Assembly: GCA_017464685.1 (NCBI GenBank)
Contig: JAFTYO010000004.1
Span: 1,306-65,305 of the forward strand
Direction: 5' to 3'
DNA from: Alphaproteobacteria bacterium
GTDB taxonomy: Bacteria > Pseudomonadota > Alphaproteobacteria > RF32 > CAG-239
Length of the DNA: 64,000 nt
Below are positions 56,839 to 64,000 of this stretch, piece after piece. The number at the start of each line of letters is the position of its first letter. Position 1 is the first letter of the stretch. The notes under the pieces were generated by a model that was not told where the DNA came from, did not search any database, and saw nothing but the letters and a program-made list of their open reading frames with translations. The position numbers and the translations under genes were made by a program.

Positions 56839-57957
56839 AACGAACAGCCTTATTTTTACGACATCTTGTCCAAAAACATGGGTTATCAAACAACAACAGA
56901 TAAACACAAGAAACTAACGGTATTAAACAATTTGCATATAAAAGAGGTAAAAAACATAATGAACGACCGGCAAGATTTGTAATGATCAAGTCTCCACCCT
57001 GTACCAAAATCATAGCCGTAACTGATAAAAATATAATCTTACCTTGTCCTCGACGATTAAAATTACCGATTAATAATCCCGTACAAGCCAATAGTGCAAA
57101 TACCAAATTATACCATGAGTAATCAAACGCCTGTGACCTTCAACAATGTATTTTCTTTTATCTTCATCATCCAATGAACTATCCGAATCTGCATTTAACA
57201 ATTGCCACAAAGACTTTTCACGGGCAGATGCCGGTTTAATAGCTTTACCGCCCATGACTCCAAAATCCACTGAATAACGTTCAAATTGCAAAGAAGAAAA
57301 CTGCCCCCCATTTCTACTTATTTCTTGCCGTTCCCCCTTAATAAGCAATATTTTTGGTCCGCTTTGCGTATATACGATACGTCCTCTTTCTGCAGATAGT
57401 GTAACCTTCTTATCAGGATTTGTTTCATCATGGAGTAAAATACCCGAAACCGAACCATCATCTTCATGAGATGAAATAAAAACAGTCATATTGCTCTTAA
57501 TAGTATTAAACTCACCTTCTCGAAACATAAGATGTGAAACATTATTTCTAATTTCCCATTCAAGATTTCGGAAAGAATTTTCAGCAGAAGGTATACCCAC
57601 ATTTTGCACATATACGCTAAACAGCGCTAAAATAAACCCGACATATATAGCAGCTCGGGCATTTTTCCACGGGCTGATACCTGCCGCTTGCATAATCACA
57701 AGTTCCCTATCTGCAAGCATACGATTATACACAAACATCACCGAAGCAAACAATGCAATTGGTGACAAAATAGAAAATAGGCGAGGCATCAACAAAGAAG
57801 TCAGTTCAACAAAAAGTCTTAAAGGTAACCCTTTATTGGTAACCATTTCGACAAACCTCAACGATTGCGTAAGCCATAACATCGACAACAGCGAAAACGC
57901 AACTAAGAAAAAGCCCAACCATATTTGGCGGAAAATATATGAGTTTAATTTATTCAT
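56831..57957 (-). pseudogene. lptF: LPS export permease LptF/LptG family gene, interrupted by a frameshift (two ORFs: 57070-57957 and 56831-57139)
   Basis: The 5' ORF matches LptF through ...IVEGHRRL, then stops at 57070. The remaining TM segments (LVFALLACTGLLIGNFNRRGQGKIIFLSVTAMILVQ..., compare E. coli LVFTVFMMALMVVPLSVVNPRQGRVLSMLPAMLLY) are in the -1 frame, which is open from 57139. Confidence 0.7.
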
Positions 57958-58101
57958 AGAGCGAAGTATAAACAAATTATTAAAATATTAAAACTATATT
58001 TTAAATATACTTCACAGTTTTATTTCTACGTTTACACACTTTTCAAAAATAATTTTTTAACTCTTTATTATCATTATAGTGATAATATCCTCTCATACAT
58101 T

Positions 58102-59181
58102 ATGGGGGATACTGTTATGTCACGTGCGGAAGATATTTTTCAAAAACTTATTTATTTTGGGGAAGATGCTATTGATGAGTTTATTTTAACCCTTCAGACC
58201 GAGGAGTTATTTTTAGATTTTAAACAAGCCGTATCCACCGGAAAAAATTTCAACACTTTACATCGTGATGACAGAAAAAATCTTGCCAAAGCCATATCCG
58301 GATTCGGCAACTCTGAAGGAGGCGTTATTGTTTGGGGAGTAGAATGTTCCAGAGATCACGAAATCGGCGATGTGGCAAAAGCAAAAGTTAAAGTAAAAAA
58401 TGTCCATCGTTTTTTAAGTTGGCTGGAAGGCGCAATATCCGGTTGCACAATTCCAAGCCATAACAAGGTCAGAAATCATATTATAAGCTGTGACAAAAAC
58501 GGTGATGGCTTCATCGCAACCTATATTCCGAAATCTGAAATCACTCCTTTAATGAGTACAATCGGCAGTACAATATACATTCGCTCCGGTTCAAACAATG
58601 TCCCTGCCCCATATGCCGTAATTGCCGGAATGTTCGGCAAGCGCCCGCAACCAAACATCGAATTGATATTTGAAGATAAATGTTTGGAAATTTTGCAAAA
58701 TACGGATGAAGATATGTTATATCCGCATACCATTGATAATCCGCCGGAAAAATATGTAAAAATCGGCTTTACCGTTCAGGCTCACAACGAAAGCAACGCA
58801 ATCGCCAGAGAAATATATTTTTCCTGTACAACTCAAAATCTGGCAAGCGAATATAACAAAGTAAGATTTTCAAACTATAACCAGATGGATTCCTTAAATG
58901 CAATTTCCGGTCATATTAACCTGATTACAAAACCTGATTTGCGCTTACCTCCAAGAGGTATGCTAAAATTTGCCAACATACAAATAATATTATCTCCGTA
59001 TGTTGAAGATGACTTTTGCCTAAATGGAGTAATCGGAGCCGATAACGCCGCACCTAAAGATTTCAGGATTTATATTCCCAAAAATCAACTGCGCTCATTT
59101 GTAGCCAAAGCTCTAAGGGACGAAGACAACTCCGAACAATTGTGTGCTGAATTTTTCAATCAATTTTTGATGAGGTCTTAA
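58102..59181 (+). CDS. AlbA_2 (Schlafen-like, divergent-AAA N-terminal) domain protein with an uncharacterised C-terminal half
   Basis: EELFLDFKQAV......RKNLAKAISGFGNSEGGVIVWGVE matches the AlbA_2 pattern E...EFK.......i.k.i.AfAN..GG.l..Gv. The start may be the ATG at 58117, which has a ggggga RBS. Confidence 0.55.
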   Translation: MGDTVMSRAEDIFQKLIYFGEDAIDEFILTLQTEELFLDFKQAVSTGKNFNTLHRDDRKNLAKAISGFGNSEGGVIVWGVECSRDHEIGDVAKAKVKVKNVHRFLSWLEGAISGCTIPSHNKVRNHIISCDKNGDGFIATYIPKSEITPLMSTIGSTIYIRSGSNNVPAPYAVIAGMFGKRPQPNIELIFEDKCLEILQNTDEDMLYPHTIDNPPEKYVKIGFTVQAHNESNAIAREIYFSCTTQNLASEYNKVRFSNYNQMDSLNAISGHINLITKPDLRLPPRGMLKFANIQIILSPYVEDDFCLNGVIGADNAAPKDFRIYIPKNQLRSFVAKALRDEDNSEQLCAEFFNQFLMRS

Positions 59182-59184
59182 ATT

Positions 59185-59634
59185 ATGACAGCTCGAATTG
59201 AAATATTTACCGATGGTGCCTGTTCCGGAAACCCCGGAATTGGTGGTTGGGGTGTTCTTTTAAGATATAAAGATATTGAAAAAGAATTAAGTGGTGGGGA
59301 GCTTGAAACCACCAACAATCGCATGGAGTTAACCGCCGTAATTGAAGCCTTAAAAGCTCTTAAAACCGTTTGTAACATAACCCTTTACACTGACAGCAAA
59401 TATGTTATGTGCGGCATTACCGAATGGCTTGAAAATTGGAAGAAAAACGGCTGGAAAACGTCAAACAAAAAAAATGATGTAAAAAATGTGGATTTATGGC
59501 AACAACTTGATGAACTTATTAAACATCACGAAATCAGATGGATTTGGGTTAAAGGTCATAATGGACATCTTGAAAATGAAAGAGTTGATACCCTTGCTCG
59601 CAATGAAGTGACAAAATTGAAAAACAATCAATAA
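59185..59634 (+). CDS. rnhA: Ribonuclease HI
   Basis: IFTDGAC.GNPG.GGWG, TNNRMEL.A.IEAL, YTDS.Y, W.WVKGH.GH..NE..D.LA. Confidence 0.95.
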   Translation: MTARIEIFTDGACSGNPGIGGWGVLLRYKDIEKELSGGELETTNNRMELTAVIEALKALKTVCNITLYTDSKYVMCGITEWLENWKKNGWKTSNKKNDVKNVDLWQQLDELIKHHEIRWIWVKGHNGHLENERVDTLARNEVTKLKNNQ

Positions 59635-59737
59635 AATTTCGTTAAGCCAACTATTTTCTCACTTGACATTTTTGACAAATAGTATATGATAAGTCATCAA
59701 TTCTAATTTTTATTACTAATTTTTAAAACTCATAATT

Positions 59738-60379
59738 ATGGAAACAAAAACTAAAAAGAACATCAGTTCTGTTGTTTACTATGTCCTTGCGGCACTTTGT
59801 GTTATCGGGGCTTTGGTGATTGCCTGCTTTCACGAATCGACAATGGGAAATCTGTCCATGCCTCTCATCATATTCTCATACCTTCCGTATATATTGTATT
59901 TTACGATTGAGGATAACACTGAAAATATGAACAAACCGTTATTATGGTTTTTAACAGGGTTATCGTATCTTGCTCTTATGGGTTTGATAACATGGGTACT
60001 GCCTGACGGATTGTGGTTTATGCTTTTAGGAGCATTGTTACCGATATTGTTTATGGCTACGGTGTTTTTATATTGTGTTCTAAAATATAAAACGCCGGCT
60101 AAGTTGGTTATCATCGGTATTGTTGTGCAATTTAGTTTTGTTGCTATCGGAATTAATATTATCGACGCCACTTATCAAAAACAACAACTGATTGATAACA
60201 CAAAACCGATTACAACAACGGTTGATGGTATTTATCAGCGGGGTAACATACATATCGTACACTTTGATGATTACGGTTCGTATGAAATACCTGAAAGTTT
60301 TGCCAACAATCTTAAATCAGGCGACACGGTGCTTGTAAAAATCGTAAAAGACAAGGTTTATACCTTGGAAAGAAAGTAA
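59738..60379 (+). CDS. Hypothetical integral membrane protein (213 aa)
   Basis: About five hydrophobic helices followed by a short soluble C-terminal domain. No known motif. Confidence 0.55.
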   Translation: METKTKKNISSVVYYVLAALCVIGALVIACFHESTMGNLSMPLIIFSYLPYILYFTIEDNTENMNKPLLWFLTGLSYLALMGLITWVLPDGLWFMLLGALLPILFMATVFLYCVLKYKTPAKLVIIGIVVQFSFVAIGINIIDATYQKQQLIDNTKPITTTVDGIYQRGNIHIVHFDDYGSYEIPESFANNLKSGDTVLVKIVKDKVYTLERK

Positions 60380-60380
60380 A

Positions 60381-60414
60381 ATTTAAGCCACCATTAACGG
60401 TGGCTTAAATTTAT
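60381..60414 (+). terminator. Rho-independent terminator
   Basis: 12-bp stem atttaagccacc / ggtggcttaaat with a 6-nt loop and a T-rich tail. Confidence 0.7.
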
Positions 60415-60492
60415 AATACAATATAATATTTTTATTGACAATAGAATACAAAAAAGATAATATAATCGGCATAAATCAATTTTTTTTAAATT

Positions 60493-61614
60493 ATGAACAG
60501 ATTACAAAAACTAGCGGAAAATGTCATGCGCAATTCCGTAAACCTCGTTTCTGGAGAAAAGGTCTTTATTGACGCAAAAGGACTAAAAGCTACCCCGTTG
60601 TTTGAAGCATTTATTGAAGCAACCGTTAAGCTTGGCGGCGTTCCGTTCTATTTTTTGAACGACATTCGTTTTACCAACGCAATGCTGAAATATGCCACCA
60701 AAGAGCAGATAGATGAACATTGCAAACTTCATCTGGACCTGATGAAACAGATGGATATTTACATCGGCTTTTCAAGTATGACAAATCCGTACGATGCCGC
60801 CGATGTATCCGATGAAAGTCAGGCTGAATATAGCCAGAGCTATGCACAAGTTCTGCGCTATCGAGTAGATAACACTCGTTGGTGCGTGCTTCGTTACCCT
60901 AACGATGTGATGGCTTATGAGGCCGGTATGTCAACCAAGCAGTTTACAGACTTTTTGTTTGATGCTTGTTTGCTTGACTACTCAAAGATGGAGCCTTCCA
61001 TGAACAAACTGGCTGAACTGATGAAGAAAACCGACAAGGTCAGAATCGTAGGTCCTGAAACGGACATTTCGTTTTCCATCAAAAACATCGGTACGGTTGT
61101 TTGCTCGGGCCACAAGAACATTCCGGACGGAGAAGTATATTCTGCTCCGATAAGAGATTCAATCAACGGTGTTATCCGTTTCAATACCTCAAGCCATATG
61201 GACGGAAAGAAATTCTCCAACATCAAGCTGTGGTTTGAAAACGGAAAAATCGTCAACTGTGAACACTCCGGCAACAAGGAAGACCTCGAGAACATATTCA
61301 ACAAAGATGCAGGCTCTCGCTATGTCGGCGAGTTTGCTTTAGGTGTCAATCCGTTCATCACCAAAGATATTTGTAATATCTTGTTTGATGAAAAAATTGC
61401 CGGCTCACTTCATATAGCAATCGGCAACTGCTATAAAGCAACACCTAACGGCAACTCCTCCGAAATCCACTGGGATTTGGTTCTTATCCAGACCCCTGAA
61501 TATGGCGGCGGTCAGATTTATTTTGACGATGTTCTCATCCGTGACAACGGCTTGTTTGTGATTGATGAGCTCAAATGCCTTAATCCCGATGAACTCAAGA
61601 TTTCAGCTAAGTAA
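60493..61614 (+). CDS. Aminopeptidase, M29 (AmpS/PepS/aminopeptidase T) family
   Basis: The ~370-aa length, an N-terminus of the type L..LA...V..S..L..GEKV.I, E.YSAP, GEFA.G.NP and H.D.V fit the M29 thermophilic metalloprotease family. Confidence 0.75.
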   Translation: MNRLQKLAENVMRNSVNLVSGEKVFIDAKGLKATPLFEAFIEATVKLGGVPFYFLNDIRFTNAMLKYATKEQIDEHCKLHLDLMKQMDIYIGFSSMTNPYDAADVSDESQAEYSQSYAQVLRYRVDNTRWCVLRYPNDVMAYEAGMSTKQFTDFLFDACLLDYSKMEPSMNKLAELMKKTDKVRIVGPETDISFSIKNIGTVVCSGHKNIPDGEVYSAPIRDSINGVIRFNTSSHMDGKKFSNIKLWFENGKIVNCEHSGNKEDLENIFNKDAGSRYVGEFALGVNPFITKDICNILFDEKIAGSLHIAIGNCYKATPNGNSSEIHWDLVLIQTPEYGGGQIYFDDVLIRDNGLFVIDELKCLNPDELKISAK

Positions 61615-61620
61615 AAATTT

Positions 61621-61654
61621 CCCTTCGTTGTTACATATCAACGAAGGGTTTTTT
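61621..61654. terminator. Bidirectional Rho-independent terminator between the aminopeptidase gene and rpoH
   Basis: cccttcgttg - ttacatat - caacgaaggg followed by T6, with an A5 run upstream. Confidence 0.75.
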
Positions 61655-61694
61655 ATATAAAAACAACCAGATTTTTAATCAAAACTAAATTTTA

Positions 61695-62570
61695 TTATTG
61701 TATCATACCGACAGCTTTGGTAATTTTTTTAATAGAATTAAGTTCAATTTGCCTTACTCGTTCTTTTGAAATATGATAAGTTTTACTCAAATCATCAAGT
61801 GTCGCCGATTTTTCGGCCAAACGTCGCTTAAACAAGATATCTTTTTCTCGCGGATTTAACACCACCAAAGCTTCATTGAAAAGTTTTCTTCTGTAACGCA
61901 TGGTTTCGGAATGTGCAAAACATTCTTCCTGATTGGGTTTGTTGTCCGAAATAAAATCCATCCATTCGGAAGTGCCGTCAGATGAAGAATCTAAAACCGC
62001 ATTTAATGAGCCGTCGTGAGCTTTAAGTCTGGTGTTCATATCGGTCACTTCTTGTACCGAAACATCTAAACTTTTGGCGATTTTACTCAAAATTTGCTCG
62101 GACATATCTCTGTCATCTACCAAATTTAATTTGTTTTTGATTTTTCTTAAATTGAAAAACAATTTTTTTTGGGCGGCGGTTGTCCCTAATTTTACTAAAG
62201 ACCACGAATTTAAAATATATTTTTGTACCGAAGCCTTAATCCACCACAGAGCATATGTGGAAAATCTGAAACCTTTTTCCGGCTCAAATTTTTCAATGGC
62301 ATATAAAAGCCCTAAGTTTCCCTCCGATATCATTTCGCTTAAAGGGAGACCGTAGCCTTTGTATTTTGATACAACCTTAACCACTAATCTTAAATGTGAT
62401 GTGATTAGTTTGTAAGCAATGTTTTTATCTTTTGTTTTTTGATAGTCCACAGCCAGATTATATTCTTCCTCGGGTTCTAAAATCGGATATTTACGAATGT
62501 CTTGCAAATATTTTGAAAGATTGTTCTCTGGCGAAAAGTCAAGTCCGGTAAGCTTAGGCGTATTGTCCAT
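61695..62570 (-). CDS. rpoH: RNA polymerase sigma-32 factor RpoH
   Basis: Sigma-70 regions 2-4 (LRLVV, EGN.GL..A...F.P..G.RFSTYA.WWI) and the RpoH box QKKLFFNLRK. Confidence 0.93.
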   Translation of the reverse strand: MDNTPKLTGLDFSPENNLSKYLQDIRKYPILEPEEEYNLAVDYQKTKDKNIAYKLITSHLRLVVKVVSKYKGYGLPLSEMISEGNLGLLYAIEKFEPEKGFRFSTYALWWIKASVQKYILNSWSLVKLGTTAAQKKLFFNLRKIKNKLNLVDDRDMSEQILSKIAKSLDVSVQEVTDMNTRLKAHDGSLNAVLDSSSDGTSEWMDFISDNKPNQEECFAHSETMRYRRKLFNEALVVLNPREKDILFKRRLAEKSATLDDLSKTYHISKERVRQIELNSIKKITKAVGMIQ

Positions 62571-62662
62571 AGTCTATCTCCTTTTACATTGACCTAGGCA
62601 ATAATAAGAAAAAGATGATAAACATCAATATAACAATAAGTTTTAATTTTTAGTTTATGCAA

Positions 62663-63643
62663 CTATAAGTTGCTAAGATTATCTAAAAGATTTTGAAAAT
62701 CATTAGGAAAAATAGACGAAAAAGACATTTGTTTACCGCTGACGGGGTGAATAAAGCCAAGAGTGGTGGCATGAAGCGCATGACGAGGAAAAGTATTGAT
62801 GAGATTTTTTGCCGATTCGGGAATTTTTAAAGCTGATTTATGGCTTTTTTCGTACACTTTATCACCAATGAGTGCACAACCTTTTGAGGACAAATGCACT
62901 CTGATTTGATGAGTGCGACCGGTTTCTAAATTGCATTGAACAAGCGAGGCAAATGTGCCGTATGTCTTCACGGTTTTGTAATGTGTAATTGCACGTTTGC
63001 CGCCCGATTGGACTAACGTCATTTTTTTGCGGTCAAAATTTGAACGAGCAATGTTACCAGTAATAGTTCCATTGAGCGGATTCAAAATTGAATAGGTGAC
63101 GGCAAAATATGTTCTTTCAATGCTATGATTAAAAAATTGTTCAGATAACCCCTGATGGGCAATATCATTTTTTGCAACCACCAGCAAACCGCTTGTTTCC
63201 TTATCAATGCGATGTACAATCCCAGGTCTTTTAACCCCGCCGACACCGGATAAATTGTCTTTACAATGGTACAAAAGGGCATTAACAAGAGTTCCATCAT
63301 AAGCACCGGCAGCAGGATGGACGGTCATTCCCGAAGGTTTGTTAACAACAATTATATCATAATCTTCATACACAATATCCAAAGGTATGTTTTGCGGCTT
63401 AGGTTCAGCCTCAACTAAAGGCGGAATCTCAATTGAAAAGCAATCACCGACCTTGACTTTATATGAACAATCAATAATTTCATTTTCTTCTAACGTCACA
63501 CAACCTGTTTTAATTAATCGTTGAATTTGATTTCTGGAAAGCTCACATTCGGGCAAATTTGATAAAAATTTATCAAGCCTGAAATTTTTATGCTCTATTT
63601 GAGCCGGATTTGTAAAAAAAATGTTGCTTTCTTGGTCAATCAT
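62663..63643 (-). CDS. rluD: 23S rRNA pseudouridine synthase, RluD/RluA family
   Basis: N-terminal S4 domain (RLDKFL....SR..IQ.LI), catalytic HRIDKETSGLLVVAK, Y.A.........G.I, and GRTHQIRVHL. Confidence 0.9.
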   Translation of the reverse strand: MIDQESNIFFTNPAQIEHKNFRLDKFLSNLPECELSRNQIQRLIKTGCVTLEENEIIDCSYKVKVGDCFSIEIPPLVEAEPKPQNIPLDIVYEDYDIIVVNKPSGMTVHPAAGAYDGTLVNALLYHCKDNLSGVGGVKRPGIVHRIDKETSGLLVVAKNDIAHQGLSEQFFNHSIERTYFAVTYSILNPLNGTITGNIARSNFDRKKMTLVQSGGKRAITHYKTVKTYGTFASLVQCNLETGRTHQIRVHLSSKGCALIGDKVYEKSHKSALKIPESAKNLINTFPRHALHATTLGFIHPVSGKQMSFSSIFPNDFQNLLDNLSNL

Positions 63644-63720
63644 GTCATAAAATTAAGTATATTTTAGATATTTTAAGGTATCAATAAAGCAAAACCTTAA
63701 AAAAAGCAAGGGAAGATTTG

Positions 63721-63987
63721 ATGGATAAACTCAAAATTATCAAAACGACAGTTTTTGTTCTAACTTTTTTTGTGTTTTTTGTGCTTTGTTTATTGGTCGG
63801 CAAAGTCTTAGAAAAGAAAACAGCTAAGCCGTTTGAAATTCAAGTCAAAAATGTTGCGGGAGCACAAATTGACAATATAAAAGCAGTTGCCGATTATGTT
63901 TATGTGCAATCATCAAATCAGGTACATGTTGTTGATGTCAAAAATGGTACTTATAAAGGGGTAATTTTTGTAACGGAGGAAAAGTAA
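63721..63987 (+). CDS. Small hypothetical membrane-anchored protein (88 aa)
   Basis: The ATG has a gggaag RBS. One TM segment (TTVFVLTFFVFFVLCLLVG). Confidence 0.45.
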   Translation: MDKLKIIKTTVFVLTFFVFFVLCLLVGKVLEKKTAKPFEIQVKNVAGAQIDNIKAVADYVYVQSSNQVHVVDVKNGTYKGVIFVTEEK

Positions 63988-64000
63988 TTATGGCAAAAAA

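Noticed and set aside
57100-57130. Programmed -1 ribosomal frameshift as the explanation for the split lptF.
   Set aside because: No X XXY YYZ slippery heptamer and no convincing downstream stem-loop or pseudoknot are visible. A simple indel or sequencing error is more parsimonious.
63990-64000. ATG GCA AAA AA at the right window edge, 2 nt after the stop of the preceding small ORF.
   Set aside because: Only 11 nt are visible. It may start a gene, but nothing can be supported from the window.

Overview
AT-rich chromosomal segment from a Gram-negative, most likely proteobacterial, genome. This placement rests on RpoH with its RpoH box, LptD/LptF, BamA, and the gene orders pyrH-frr-uppS-cdsA-rseP-bamA-lpxD-fabZ and lptF-lptD-surA-rsmA. 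Gene packing is tight, with many overlapping start/stop codons, and several expected genes are absent from conserved clusters, which suggests a reduced, host-associated genome. The core content is the mreBCD-mrdA-rodA cell-shape operon, the envelope cluster, clpPX, dnaB, accA, metG, a homodimeric-type glycyl-tRNA synthetase, rsmA/B/E, cmk, rnhA, rpoH, rluD, trkH, deoC, anmK and one tRNA-Lys(CUU). I saw no rRNA, CRISPR array, transposase or integrase. ORFans and unusual architectures sit between the core blocks. (1) A 1038-aa protein is built from two tandem modules, each with its own HExxH motif, and is preceded by a 131-aa ORFan. (2) Two divergent small secreted beta-sandwich-like (DUF4402/SCPU-like) paralogs sit in cassettes whose promoter, 5' UTR stem-loop and terminator are far better conserved than the coding sequence. 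These cassettes bracket the whole pyrH-fabZ cluster as direct repeats. (3) A 782-aa protein combines an HD domain with a degenerate kinase-like domain. It lies next to a truncated autotransporter, a G/C(9) homopolymer tract and the tRNA-Lys. (4) A methyltransferase-fold gene with an RquA-like Q-for-D motif I is co-oriented with a FixJ/NarL-type response regulator. (5) A P-loop kinase is fused to a pyrophosphatase-like domain downstream of anmK. (6) lptF is frameshifted. All functional calls come from reading motifs by eye. No database search was run.
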